In this document: piece by piece, positions 17,400 to 27,896 of the stretch | How positions within the stretch are numbered: position 1 is the first letter of the stretch | How the letters are laid out: every line of letters starts with the position of its first letter | NCBI GenBank assembly: GCA_016861265.1 | Contig: BOLA01000001.1 | Coordinates: 139,569-203,568, forward strand | Source of the DNA: Patescibacteria group bacterium | Lineage (GTDB): Bacteria > Patescibacteriota > Dojkabacteria > J137 | DNA: 64,000 bases | Direction of reading: 5' to 3' | Made by a program: the position numbers and the translations under genes | The notes under the pieces: generated by a model | The model's input: the letters and a program-made list of their open reading frames with translations, nothing else | Database searches by the model: none | What the model was told of the DNA's origin: nothing

Positions 17400-19385
17400 C
17401 TAATTTAATTCCCAGTTCTGAATATTTCTAAATCTATCTTCCACTGTAGCAACATTTGCTAAGTCTACTTTTGTAACACTCGTATTTGTATAGTACAAAA
17501 ACTGTGGATGATACAAGAATGTAACCGGTGCATCCTCTGCTATTAAAGTTTGAATTTCTGCATAGTTACTAGCTCTTTCCTGACTAGCAGTAGATGGATC
17601 GAATGTTCGAGTTATTTCTAGTAATCTATCTACCTTTGGAAGTGTTTCTAGACTACTCTCTCCTTCTTTTCTATTTTCCCTAGGTCTTACAGTTTGAGCA
17701 GAACCTACATAGCTGGAAATATTCAAACCCGGATCTACAGACTGAGAGCTATGAAATAATTCAAATCTATCTGGGTCAATAAATGTATTCATTCCATATA
17801 GAATGGCATCAAATGACCTTGGCGCAAGAACTTCTCTATTAATTTCATCTAGACTCCAGCCTGAAGGAGAAGATTCAGAAGCATCCTGACCGGGCATTTG
17901 TCTTCTATCAATAATCACCCTAATTCCAATATCTTCAAGATTTTTCTGTATTACTCTTGCAACATTTACTCTATCAAAACTATTTACAAAGTATAGGGAA
18001 AAGCTCATTTCCTCACCTTTATCGTTTGTTCTAATTTTTTGATTACCTTTTAAAGTCCAACCTTCTTCATCTAAGAGCTTCTCGGCCTTATCTGGGTCGT
18101 AAGTAGACCACCCGGCATTCTTATTAAAGAAAGCAGATTTCTGAGTAATCGGACCAAACGCTTCATCACCTACACCCAAAAGAGCATTCTCTATTATTTC
18201 GTACCGACTTATCGCGGATGAGATCGCCTTTCTAACTTTCGCATTCTGGAAGAAAGCCGGGCCTTTTGCATTTCCTTCAGGATCTTTTTTTAGATTAAAG
18301 TACATTCCCCAATATTGGTTATCTAACACTGGACTTAAGTTAATACTAATATTAGTATTCTTCTCTAATTCATTTTTATATTCAACGGATATACTTGCAA
18401 GACTGTGAGATTCTCCATTCTTAATTGATTTTACGGCATCCTCAAGCGAGGTGTAATATTTGAATTGAATTGAAGAAATATGCGGTGAATGATCGTTAAG
18501 TGAATAAATATAGTCATTATTTTTTACCAGTGTAACGCTTTGATTGTCAGCAGAGTAGAATCTATACTTACCTGTACCTACAGGGTATCTAAAAATGTCT
18601 GCATCAGAGTTATTAACCTGAGTCTCCGTTAAGTTTGTAATTTTATGAGCCGGTACAATACTAATACTTACAAGCTCTAAAAAGTTTGAGAAAATTGGAT
18701 TGTCTTTACTTTCGTTGCAACTTGCCTGACTATCGGAACCTTTTGTACATAACCTTATGGAGTAATCCCCGACTTTTTCCCACTTCATCTGTTTTATAGC
18801 CTTAATATAAGCATTATCTGTTCTACTTAGACTTGCTACCAGATTTAGAGTTGCAATAACATCGTCTGCATTAAATTCAGTATCGTCGTGCCATCTAACT
18901 CCTCTTCTTAGGTTAAATTGATAGTCCGATCCCTCTTTGATTTTAATTACATCGCTTGCCAGCACATTATTTACCTGTGGTTGCCATGCACCATCGGATT
19001 GCTGAACATATTCATATTTAATTAGTGGTTCATATATTAAACTTACCAAATCCTTTTCCAACTGAATATTTGTAGGCAGTATTGGATTAACCTTATTAAC
19101 CCTCTGCAGATGACCATTAGCATCGGTTCCCATAACTACAGCTTCGACTAATGTTTTGGTAGGATTATTGATAATTGCTTTGTACCTTGTATTACCGAAT
19201 ACAATAAAAATAAGGGCAAAAGCAGCTATACCTGCCAAGAAGTGTGAATATGGAACAGATAGCCTGTAAATAGCCGCAAATTTAGTCTTTAGAGAATTAT
19301 CACCGAATAATTTTTCAGGATAATCCCAAAAGAAGTCTCTAAGACTATATATTAATTTTTCTAATGAATTGAAAATGTTAGGCAT
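17400..19385 (-). CDS. Extracellular solute-binding protein, family 5 (OppA/DppA-like), membrane-anchored.
   Basis: N-terminal TM anchor followed by SBP_bac_5-like architecture (about 600 aa periplasmic domain). Confidence 0.65.
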   Translation of the reverse strand: MPNIFNSLEKLIYSLRDFFWDYPEKLFGDNSLKTKFAAIYRLSVPYSHFLAGIAAFALIFIVFGNTRYKAIINNPTKTLVEAVVMGTDANGHLQRVNKVNPILPTNIQLEKDLVSLIYEPLIKYEYVQQSDGAWQPQVNNVLASDVIKIKEGSDYQFNLRRGVRWHDDTEFNADDVIATLNLVASLSRTDNAYIKAIKQMKWEKVGDYSIRLCTKGSDSQASCNESKDNPIFSNFLELVSISIVPAHKITNLTETQVNNSDADIFRYPVGTGKYRFYSADNQSVTLVKNNDYIYSLNDHSPHISSIQFKYYTSLEDAVKSIKNGESHSLASISVEYKNELEKNTNISINLSPVLDNQYWGMYFNLKKDPEGNAKGPAFFQNAKVRKAISSAISRYEIIENALLGVGDEAFGPITQKSAFFNKNAGWSTYDPDKAEKLLDEEGWTLKGNQKIRTNDKGEEMSFSLYFVNSFDRVNVARVIQKNLEDIGIRVIIDRRQMPGQDASESSPSGWSLDEINREVLAPRSFDAILYGMNTFIDPDRFELFHSSQSVDPGLNISSYVGSAQTVRPRENRKEGESSLETLPKVDRLLEITRTFDPSTASQERASNYAEIQTLIAEDAPVTFLYHPQFLYYTNTSVTKVDLANVATVEDRFRNIQNWELN

Positions 19386-19611
19386 TTAGAACAGCTATAC
19401 TTAAAGATATCACTGCAAACAGTATACCTAAAATTATAGTGCCGTTGTACAAAAAAGCTTCTAAACCTCTCTTTGACCTGTAGAATTCACCCCCGCCTGA
19501 ACCTCCGAAAACTGTTCCTAGGCCTCCGCTTCTATTCTGTAATAGTACAGTTATTACTAGTAGTACTGAGTCAATAGCCAGTACGTATTTTAAAATGTCA
19601 GTTATAGTCAT
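19378..19611 (-). CDS. secG: Preprotein translocase subunit SecG.
   Basis: 77 aa and two TM helices, with the conserved LLQNRSGGLGTVFGGSG glycine-rich loop. Confidence 0.75.
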   Translation of the reverse strand: MTITDILKYVLAIDSVLLVITVLLQNRSGGLGTVFGGSGGGEFYRSKRGLEAFLYNGTIILGILFAVISLSIAVLNA

Positions 19612-19635
19612 AAATATTCTTTAAAATCTTCAAAA

Positions 19636-19845
19636 ATTATAACATCATAATCGCTAGATTATGAATTAAATAGATACAATTCCAATAGTTAAATCCTTAA
19701 ATCTTAAAGTATGGTAAGTGCTAAGAACTTTGCTTTAAGGTTATAACATCATAATCGCTAGATTATGAATTAATTAAGTCAATTCTAATAGTTAAAACCT
19801 TAAACCTTAGAATATATTAGATACTTAGAACCGATAACAAGCACT
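19636..19845. repeat. Tandem duplication of two roughly 105-bp AT-rich units, each beginning with an identical 32-bp block that contains a perfect hairpin/palindrome tcataatc-gcta-gattatga.
   Basis: The 32-mer ttataacatcataatcgctagattatgaatta is found at 19636-19667 and 19741-19772. The following 70 bp are about 85% similar between the units. Confidence 0.6.
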
Positions 19846-19879
19846 ATAAAATTTTGATTTCCGGTATAACAATTTAATG

Positions 19880-20281
19880 TTATTTCTTCCTCAAATATTC
19901 CATTAATACCGATAACAAGCTTAGTAGCATTGTTATTAGAACGAGTGCATAGGTCTTATCTTGAATTTCAACTTCTCCTATTAAATCTATCCCTAAATTA
20001 ATACCTTGTCCTGTTAAATTAATAATATTGAAGACAGAAATTTGAAGAAAAAGATATATGAACGTGAGAATTATTGTAATTAGGAGTGTAGAACCTAAAT
20101 TCACAGGTAGTTTAAAAAACTTAAGAACATTATTTGTAAAGGCAGCAATTAGCCCAAATACTAATGCTGCTCCTAGTTCGTCTACAAATACTCCCCCACC
20201 AATTATTATTGATTTACGAACAATTGCCCAGACAAAAAAGAATATCAAAATATTTTGAATTGTTTTCTGAACCTTATTCAT
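19880..20281 (-). CDS. Small 4-TM membrane protein, phage-holin-4_2/DUF360-like.
   Basis: The pattern GAALVFGLIAAFTNNVLKFFKLPVNLGSTLLITIIL resembles the Phage_holin_4_2 consensus. It lies immediately downstream of ftsX. Confidence 0.4.
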   Translation of the reverse strand: MNKVQKTIQNILIFFFVWAIVRKSIIIGGGVFVDELGAALVFGLIAAFTNNVLKFFKLPVNLGSTLLITIILTFIYLFLQISVFNIINLTGQGINLGIDLIGEVEIQDKTYALVLITMLLSLLSVLMEYLRKK

Positions 20282-20283
20282 TT

Positions 20284-21300
20284 TTACCTAATATACCTTC
20301 TGATAGATAAATAACTGCTCAAAGCACCTATTAAGAACCCTACCAATGATAACCCGATTACTGCTGCAACAAGACCTAAACCAGAAATATCTGGCCATGG
20401 CAACTGATTAAACATTTTATATAAAAATACCGATACGGTAGAAGATTTATTTAATACAAATACTGCAACCAAGAATCCACCTATTAATAGGGATGAAATT
20501 GCAGCTCCAACCAAACCATAGAACCCACCTTCAAGTATGTATGGAGATCTGATAAAGAATAGACTACCTCCCACTAATTGCATAACCCCTATTTCCTCTG
20601 TTTGACTCTGGAGTCTAAATTCTATAGCAAGGAATGTAAAGAAGAAGATTCCTATAAAAAGTATGGCCAGAACAGCTATACCTACTACTCTCAAAAAATA
20701 TAAGACTTGTCTCAATTGATCTAAACTTTGATCATCCACTTTTAGTACAATAGGTTTTTGTGTTGGATCTTTTGAATACTGATATGTGACTTGAGGGAAT
20801 GAAGCAGGATTTTCAGATACTTGTGATGTATTTATAATTTGTAAGTCTTTATTGGCTGCTTCAATATCTGCTTCTAAGTCACTTTTTAGTGCAGCTAATT
20901 CACTCAATGAATATATTTGAATGTCCAAACTTGAAGGCAATGTTTTACTCTCTTTAGTTTTTAAAACAGTATATACTTCTTTTTGAACAACAGCAGTGTA
21001 GTCTGCGTAAAGATTATACGCATCTTCTTCTGTTGTATATGTAATATCTTTAACTTTAGGATTATTAGCCCACTTACTCTGAAGTGCATCAATCACCTCT
21101 TTATCCATCCCCTCCTCAAAGAAAACTAATACATTGCTCTTTGACTCAATATACTGTATGTACACATTAGAAACGTATGCTAAACCTCCAAAAATTGTAG
21201 CTACCAAAAACGCCAAAGTCATAACAGAAATTGAAGCCCATGCAGACCAGCCGCTTCTTGAAATCTGTTTAGCTGTATTTGCAAATATTCTTCCTAACAT
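20284..21300 (-). CDS. ftsX: Cell-division ABC transporter permease FtsX.
   Basis: N-terminal TM, large extracellular loop, C-terminal 3-TM FtsX domain, and adjacency to ftsE. Confidence 0.8.
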   Translation of the reverse strand: MLGRIFANTAKQISRSGWSAWASISVMTLAFLVATIFGGLAYVSNVYIQYIESKSNVLVFFEEGMDKEVIDALQSKWANNPKVKDITYTTEEDAYNLYADYTAVVQKEVYTVLKTKESKTLPSSLDIQIYSLSELAALKSDLEADIEAANKDLQIINTSQVSENPASFPQVTYQYSKDPTQKPIVLKVDDQSLDQLRQVLYFLRVVGIAVLAILFIGIFFFTFLAIEFRLQSQTEEIGVMQLVGGSLFFIRSPYILEGGFYGLVGAAISSLLIGGFLVAVFVLNKSSTVSVFLYKMFNQLPWPDISGLGLVAAVIGLSLVGFLIGALSSYLSIRRYIR

Positions 21301-21320
21301 CTGATTTATCTTAAAATGTA

Positions 21321-22712
21321 TTATTCGTTGTGATTTTCTTCTAGGAATTTTTTAATTTCCTTTGAAATTAAAACCACTTCCTCAGGATCAATCATTAAAT
21401 TATCTGTAAGTCCCTCTGGCCCATCTTCAATTACTTCCTCTACGTATTTGTACCCCGCAGTCTTTAAGTCTTTTATTACTTCTTTTGGTAAGTCTAGCTT
21501 GCTGACCGGAGTCTTCTTTGAATTTTCCACCCACTCCTTGGCCTTCTTATTAGTTATCTTCAGTTTACCGGCAACATGTACTTTCTCATCTTCATCTTCT
21601 TTTTTATCTTTTTCAATACTGCCTGCTAAATTATCGTCACTTTTTAACATTTCAACAAAAAGCTTTGACTGAGTATCTTCGCTGCCATCCTGGTTTACCT
21701 TGCCTTCGTGAGCGATCTCAATTGCTTCTTCTTTAGCCTCCTTAATTCGTTCTTCTTCCTCTTTTAACTCTTGTATGTCTAATTCTTTCTGAATCTTTTT
21801 TTCTGTTTCAAGGTCTTCTTCTTCCTCTTTTGTTATAACGGGAGCCCTCTTTAATCTTGAGAATATTCCCAGTAATTTTTTTGGAGGTTCAATTACTTCT
21901 TCAGGTTTTTCCTCAGATGGAGCTTCGTCTTTAGAGTTAAATTTAACCTTAAATGTTGTCTTAGGATGATCTGTTGAATCCTCTTTTTGTTTATCTGTCT
22001 TTTCAAGTAACTTCTCTTCGTATCCCATGTTTATTTCATCATAGGATCCATCTTTGTCGTCTCTAATTATTCTACCATTTGCCATTTGAATAACCCTTTT
22101 ATTAAGAGCATTAACAATATCTGTACCGTGAGTGGACATTATTACAGTTGTACCCCAATTATTAATTTTTGATAATATCTGAACAATATCCCATGCACTC
22201 GCTGGGTCTAAGTTTCCAGTAGGCTCATCGGCAATTAATATCTTAGGATTATTTGCAATTGCTCTTGCAATCGTTACTCTCTGCTGTTCTCCACCAGACA
22301 ACTGTCTGGGGAATGCCTTCATTCTTCCAGATAAACCTACAATATCTAGAACATAAGGAACTGTCTCTTTAATTTCACTATCCTTTTTACCTGCGGCTTC
22401 CATTGCAAATGCAACATTTTCATAAGCAGTCTTTTCTTGTACAAGCTTATAGTCTTGAAAAATAACACCGATTTCTCTTCTTAGTTTGTAAACACTATCC
22501 CTACTAATCTTTGTAATATCTCTTTCGTTAAATATTATTTTTCCTGTAGAAGGAACTTCGTCTCTAATTAACATTTTAATTATTGTGGTCTTTCCACTAC
22601 CAGAAGGACCAATTAGAAATACAAATTCTCCTTGTTCTACTTTAAAATTAATATCATTAATTGCAAAAATCCTGTTATCGTAAACTTTAGATACGTCTTT
22701 AAATTCAACCAT
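21321..22712 (-). CDS. ftsE: Cell-division ATP-binding protein FtsE with a roughly 240-aa K/E-rich C-terminal extension.
   Basis: Walker A GPSGSGKTT, ABC signature LSGGEQQR, Walker B ILIADEPTGNLD; then a long charged low-complexity tail ending in a helix-hairpin-helix-like segment TPVSKLDLPKEVIKDLKTAGYKYVEEV. Confidence 0.85.
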   Translation of the reverse strand: MVEFKDVSKVYDNRIFAINDINFKVEQGEFVFLIGPSGSGKTTIIKMLIRDEVPSTGKIIFNERDITKISRDSVYKLRREIGVIFQDYKLVQEKTAYENVAFAMEAAGKKDSEIKETVPYVLDIVGLSGRMKAFPRQLSGGEQQRVTIARAIANNPKILIADEPTGNLDPASAWDIVQILSKINNWGTTVIMSTHGTDIVNALNKRVIQMANGRIIRDDKDGSYDEINMGYEEKLLEKTDKQKEDSTDHPKTTFKVKFNSKDEAPSEEKPEEVIEPPKKLLGIFSRLKRAPVITKEEEEDLETEKKIQKELDIQELKEEEERIKEAKEEAIEIAHEGKVNQDGSEDTQSKLFVEMLKSDDNLAGSIEKDKKEDEDEKVHVAGKLKITNKKAKEWVENSKKTPVSKLDLPKEVIKDLKTAGYKYVEEVIEDGPEGLTDNLMIDPEEVVLISKEIKKFLEENHNE

Positions 22713-22771
22713 AAAATTATTATAAATTACTGCACTTAACAGTATAAGGTAAATAATCTAAAAGCTCAAAG

Positions 22772-24538
22772 CTAAACTTTTCTTCTAATTAGTTTAATAA
22801 CCAAATAAATAAATATCGAAACCGTGATTATTAATATTACAAAAAATATTGCGATGAGTTTGTAGTCCGGTTCAAATCTAACTTCAATTGAATCATTCAA
22901 TTTGTTAATTCCTAGTTCAGCTTCTACAGTTATTTCTCTAGATAAATTTAATATAAAATCATTTTCTCTTAAGTAATCAATTTTGATTCCAGTTTGCTGT
23001 AGTGGCATAACCGCTTTCGACAGTTGGCCCACTTCTAAATTAGACATTACAGATTCGTTATTTACCTTTAGATTATTGAAAGTTAATAACTTACTTGTTG
23101 GATTAATTATAAAGATTTTTCCGGAATAGAATTCACCAGAATACACATTTGTAGGGAATTCTATTTTAAGTTCTGGTTCAAGAAGGTCTGCATTTGTATT
23201 GTCGCTATGTTCAATAAACGATACTGTTACCACTTCTTCAGACAACAGCCCAAGCATATCGTTGTAGCTTTGGTCAGGATGCCATATTCCCATTCTAAGC
23301 TTATTTATAGATGAGGTTACGATTTGCGGGTAGCCTATAGACTTTTGAGTTGCAAAATCAAAAATCAGATTCTTTCCATCTAATAGAACATTGCACCATA
23401 TAGAAGGATTAACCATTGTAGAGTTACCATTAAGGTTATAACCATATTCTATATTAGCTTTGTATCCTAAGTATTCTGCTGTAGAAACAATAATATAACA
23501 ATACTGCAGCTGGTTTAAATCTTTCTTATTCGAATCCCACACACTTAATAACTCTGGAAGCTTGATCTTTTGTGTATTGAGAGAATAATTCTGAAAAATG
23601 AAATCATTTACAGACTTGAATTTAGAAAAATTATCAGTTCCTTGATTAATATTAGAATAGATTTTCTGCCCGAATACAAAATCTAAATTAAGATCCCAAT
23701 TATAAATTTCTGAATAGTCCTGGTTTGAATTAGCAGAATTAAGCCTTACACTAGCTTCGGAATTTAACAAAGAATTACCGTTAGCAGGTAGAGTTATAAA
23801 TGCAAAATTGTTTTTTTGTTTATCTACCAAAGCATAGTCTGCACTAAAAATTTGAATGTAGTCTACACTCTGGTCCGAGTATTCAGGAATAAGATTAAAA
23901 AGAAAATGATTCTCTGCGTCTTTTCGATTTGTAATTGAAGATCTAAATACTGCATTGAATTCTGGAGATCCCCATAAAAGCTTTATGGGTGCGGTTTGCT
24001 GAAATGAAATTTTAGAAAAATCATCACTAATCCGTTCAAGGTTATATTTAAATTCTGAGGAATAAGAAATACTGCCTAATATTACAGGGTAAGTAATCGA
24101 TACATTTATTGCAGAGTAATTATAATTTGAGGATGGGTATGGAAGATTAAATTCCTTCATTTTATACAATTCTTTTACAGAATTTGATGACGTAAAATTC
24201 AGATTCAAATTTGCCCTTCCCCCGGGCTTGATAACATTAGTTAAGAAATCTATTTGAATTGTACTTTTATCGAATTGGCTATCGAGTATTATGCTTACGG
24301 AATTATTATCTAAAGTCGCATTAGCTGAAGATACCTGATATGGCAAATCTAATGAATAGCCACTTATGAGGGAGGCATCTGAGGTATTTTGAAGATCTAT
24401 AGTTAAGTTCATTTCAGAACTCAAATCGCTACGGATATTTACATCCAGATTGTAACTTGTAACTACATCCGCTTTTAAACTGGTCGAAAATAGGCCAAAA
24501 AATAGAATTGTAGTTAAGATTACAAAAAGGTTCTTCAT
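22772..24538 (-). CDS. Secreted/surface protein with a signal peptide and C-terminal TM anchor, hypothetical.
   Basis: N-terminal MKNLFVILTTILFFGLFSTSLKA, C-terminal hydrophobic helix plus an RRK tail, and an N/S-rich body. Confidence 0.45.
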   Translation of the reverse strand: MKNLFVILTTILFFGLFSTSLKADVVTSYNLDVNIRSDLSSEMNLTIDLQNTSDASLISGYSLDLPYQVSSANATLDNNSVSIILDSQFDKSTIQIDFLTNVIKPGGRANLNLNFTSSNSVKELYKMKEFNLPYPSSNYNYSAINVSITYPVILGSISYSSEFKYNLERISDDFSKISFQQTAPIKLLWGSPEFNAVFRSSITNRKDAENHFLFNLIPEYSDQSVDYIQIFSADYALVDKQKNNFAFITLPANGNSLLNSEASVRLNSANSNQDYSEIYNWDLNLDFVFGQKIYSNINQGTDNFSKFKSVNDFIFQNYSLNTQKIKLPELLSVWDSNKKDLNQLQYCYIIVSTAEYLGYKANIEYGYNLNGNSTMVNPSIWCNVLLDGKNLIFDFATQKSIGYPQIVTSSINKLRMGIWHPDQSYNDMLGLLSEEVVTVSFIEHSDNTNADLLEPELKIEFPTNVYSGEFYSGKIFIINPTSKLLTFNNLKVNNESVMSNLEVGQLSKAVMPLQQTGIKIDYLRENDFILNLSREITVEAELGINKLNDSIEVRFEPDYKLIAIFFVILIITVSIFIYLVIKLIRRKV

Positions 24539-24617
24539 AGTTATCTTATTATACAGGAATGAAAACTTGAGTCTACCTGTATTATTTCTTTACTGTAAAG
24601 CATGTTAGAATTAGCCT

Positions 24618-25427
24618 ATGCATAACTTTAAAAAACAATTTGGACAAAATTTTCTTAAAAATACTAAATACGCACGCATGTTAGTGCAGAATTTAGAACT
24701 AACAGATAAAGATACAGTCATTGAGATTGGTCCCGGAGATGGAGCTGTGACTAGATTACTTCTTGAAAGTGGGGCAAAAGTTATATCTCTAGAAATCGAC
24801 GATGATTTAATTCCAAAACTGCTTAGTCAATTTGGTGGGTTTAACAATTTTACATTAGTACACCAAAGTATATTAGAGGCAAATATCCAAGAATTACTTG
24901 ATAATGCCAATGCTACAGCTACAATAAAAGTTACTGGATCTTTACCCTACAATATATCAAAGAAAATTATTGATATATTTCTGAGGTTTAATACAACTCA
25001 AACTAAATACGTTGTAAAAACATGTGCATTTATTGTACAGGAAGAAGTTGCTAAAGATTATGCTGCCAATTCGCCTAAATCGAGCTTTTTAGCAAATTAT
25101 TCAAGAATATTTGCAAAAGTCAGAAAGCTAGAAAGCATTCCAAGATATATGTTTTTCCCAGAACCAAAGGTTAATGGAGGTATACTCAGGTTTGAAATAA
25201 AGGAATCGATTCCTTCAAACTATATGGATCTAAATAAACTTATTAGAATTGGATTCTCTAACCCAAGAAAGACTCTGCATAATAATGTTAAATCCTCTGG
25301 TAAATACAGCCTTGAGAAGTTGGAACAAATTTATAAGGAACTTGAGCTAAAACCTACAGTAAGGCCAGCCGAGCTTGAATATGAGAAATGGGAAAAACTA
25401 GCAGAACTATTAGAAACTGTGGATTAA
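24618..25427 (+). CDS. rsmA: 16S rRNA (adenine1518/1519-N6)-dimethyltransferase RsmA/KsgA.
   Basis: FGQNFL N-terminal motif and SAM motif VIEIGPGDGAVT. Confidence 0.85.
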   Translation: MHNFKKQFGQNFLKNTKYARMLVQNLELTDKDTVIEIGPGDGAVTRLLLESGAKVISLEIDDDLIPKLLSQFGGFNNFTLVHQSILEANIQELLDNANATATIKVTGSLPYNISKKIIDIFLRFNTTQTKYVVKTCAFIVQEEVAKDYAANSPKSSFLANYSRIFAKVRKLESIPRYMFFPEPKVNGGILRFEIKESIPSNYMDLNKLIRIGFSNPRKTLHNNVKSSGKYSLEKLEQIYKELELKPTVRPAELEYEKWEKLAELLETVD

Positions 25428-27187
25428 TCCCTAATTCTTAATCCTCCCAAGCTAAATATTGGGTTCAAATACTTTCTAAGTATCTTTAACTCCTCGACCT
25501 TAAAGAATAGGCATACAAGGTAGTAAACCATAAACGACGTAAATACTGTAATTACTGTAAGCAGGAATAAGTTTACAGTTGTAGAACCTCTGTAGGCCAT
25601 ACCCGCAGAAACCGGCAATGCATAAGTAAGTACATTCCATGTTTTATAAATCGCATACATAACTACAAACATTGAAACACCAGCAATTAACTTAGCCCCA
25701 ATTGTTTTTATTAAGACTTTAAGATCCAAATTTACTCTTTTATTAAAGATTATAAATAAGATTATAAATTCTATAGAGTATGCTATGCTCATTCCTAAAG
25801 CAATGCCACCAACTGCTGCATTCGAATTACCTCGTTCAAATAAATTTTGAATATTAAAATTAGTTGAGGTGATTGAGTATTCAGTATTGTGACTGAATAA
25901 GTTGGTAAATATGACTCCCAATCCGACTGTTAAGATTAAACTTATTACAGAAACAATAAGCGGTATAACAGTTTGTCTAGCAGCATAAAAGACCCTATGC
26001 ATAAACCACTTGCCACATATAAATATATGCCCAACTGCGAACCACAAAAGTACCCACGCAATCTGGTAAGTACCTTCAAGATCAAGTCTCGTGTTTGGCA
26101 AAATACCGAACGCTAGTCTAACAACCGCAACTCTAAGAATTAATAATGTAATTACAAATGGAAGTGCTAAAAAGAACATTTCGTTTAGAGTCTTAGTAAC
26201 AATATATTTAACCTTCTCATAGTCTAAATCTTCAAATAGTTCCGTTAATGTTGTAAAAGATGCGTACGCAAATGTTGCGCCAAAAAGACTAGGCACAATC
26301 AGCGAAATAGAATTTGCGTAATTTAAAGACGCTAGACCTCCAATCTGAAAGGCCAGAAAGTCATTAAATGTAAGCGCTATATTCTCACTCATTAATGCAA
26401 GAGTTCTAGGCAGACTTACAAAAAGCATATTCCTTAAATCCTTTATATAGTGAAAACTAATTTTATATCTAAAACCTATATGCCAAAAAAGTGGAAGTTG
26501 AATTACAAGATGTAATACAGAACCGGCTAAAACTCCAATGACAATGGCCCATGGACTGTAATTCATTAATGGGACAAGAATTACTAACCCAAGAATTCTT
26601 CCGATATTAAAGAATAGGGGTGCTAATTGGGGTACTAAAAATCTATTGTAGATATTTAATCCGCTTGAAATTAGCACACTTATTCCAAGTATTATTTGCG
26701 GTATTAGTAGTACCCTCATCATTGCTACAATATCGCTTATATCTGTAGCACTTAATTCTGTCTGACCCGGAATTAAAGTTCGTAGGAATAGTGGGAATAT
26801 TACCTCTCCAAGAATGGCAAGAATTAGCGAAATAATACTGAACAAAAAAATTGCAGATGTAATTACCGAGTTATATGTTTTCAAGAATGTTTCAGTTCCT
26901 TGTTTCTTTTTTATTGCAATAAGGGCTGGAATAATTACAGAACCGATTGCTCCACCGAGTAAGACATTCGTAAGCATGTCAGGGATCGAAGTTGCAAGCA
27001 AAAACTTATTCCAGCCATCGTTAGCTGTACCAAAATAGGAGGCCGCCAATAAACTAAAAAATTGACCAGTTATTTTGGTCAATAAAATGGGTACCATTGT
27101 CAGAAAGGCTGTCTCTAAGATTACGGTCTGTTCTTTACTTAGTATTGAAGTAAAGTTTTTTATTCGATTTTTTAAAAGCTGAGTCAT
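25424..27187 (-). CDS. murJ: Lipid II flippase MurJ (MviN family).
   Basis: 587 aa, about 14 TM, with a MurJ/MOP-superfamily N-terminal pattern. Confidence 0.7.
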   Translation of the reverse strand: MTQLLKNRIKNFTSILSKEQTVILETAFLTMVPILLTKITGQFFSLLAASYFGTANDGWNKFLLATSIPDMLTNVLLGGAIGSVIIPALIAIKKKQGTETFLKTYNSVITSAIFLFSIISLILAILGEVIFPLFLRTLIPGQTELSATDISDIVAMMRVLLIPQIILGISVLISSGLNIYNRFLVPQLAPLFFNIGRILGLVILVPLMNYSPWAIVIGVLAGSVLHLVIQLPLFWHIGFRYKISFHYIKDLRNMLFVSLPRTLALMSENIALTFNDFLAFQIGGLASLNYANSISLIVPSLFGATFAYASFTTLTELFEDLDYEKVKYIVTKTLNEMFFLALPFVITLLILRVAVVRLAFGILPNTRLDLEGTYQIAWVLLWFAVGHIFICGKWFMHRVFYAARQTVIPLIVSVISLILTVGLGVIFTNLFSHNTEYSITSTNFNIQNLFERGNSNAAVGGIALGMSIAYSIEFIILFIIFNKRVNLDLKVLIKTIGAKLIAGVSMFVVMYAIYKTWNVLTYALPVSAGMAYRGSTTVNLFLLTVITVFTSFMVYYLVCLFFKVEELKILRKYLNPIFSLGGLRIRD

Positions 27188-27230
27188 AAATATAAAGTAC
27201 TTGTTGGTGTACTAAGTGTTTTCTATAAAG

Positions 27231-27833
27231 TTATCTAATAGTCCAGGATAGTATACCAATAACTAGGCCAATAACAGTACCTAAGTATAATTGAACCCAG
27301 GTATGCTTATGCAATATCACTCTGGTCCAAAATACCACCGGCATTAAAATTAATGCAAATGCGAAAGCTAAGGAAATCTTATCCGAGACATATAAAATAC
27401 TAAAAGCAAGAACGCTTGCATGCCAACTTGCTTTATCTATATATCTATTTGCTAAATACATAACTCCTGCGTAGATTACCAGAAGAATAGAAATTCTCAA
27501 CCACAAATCCTCATTAAATGTTGAGAACAATATTGTATTAAAAATAAACGAATAGATTCCCACAAGAAGGGGTGTATTTCGTCTTTCTCTTGGTAAATTA
27601 ATAAAGAATTCCCAAGGTTTTTGCTTATGTTTATATTCGGAATATAGGTAGAAAAAAAAGATAGGTAATCCACCTACGCATACAAAGAAAATAAACGGCA
27701 TTGGATTTGCATTAATTTCTTTTAAATGCGCAGCAATAATTGCTAAGGGTAGAATAAAAAAAGGGTTTAACAACCAAGATAATGCTTGAGCAATCGCGGT
27801 TTCCAAATCAAATTCCTTCTTCTTGGCCTTCAT
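27231..27833 (-). CDS. Polytopic membrane protein, weak PAP2-like signature.
   Basis: SWHAS and RVILHKHTW segments loosely resemble the PAP2 motifs PSGH / SRxxxxxHxxxD. The call is weak. Confidence 0.3.
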   Translation of the reverse strand: MKAKKKEFDLETAIAQALSWLLNPFFILPLAIIAAHLKEINANPMPFIFFVCVGGLPIFFFYLYSEYKHKQKPWEFFINLPRERRNTPLLVGIYSFIFNTILFSTFNEDLWLRISILLVIYAGVMYLANRYIDKASWHASVLAFSILYVSDKISLAFAFALILMPVVFWTRVILHKHTWVQLYLGTVIGLVIGILSWTIR

Positions 27834-27896
27834 AATTTATAAATTAATTTAGTATAGTATATATTTAAATTTAACAAAGTTCACTAAATTAATTAC

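Noticed and set aside
19636-19845. Possible CRISPR array, because of identical 32-bp repeats with a palindromic core.
   Set aside because: Only two repeat copies exist. The intervening sequence is a diverged duplicate, not a unique spacer. The spacing (105 bp) and AT-rich content are atypical for CRISPR, and no cas genes were seen.
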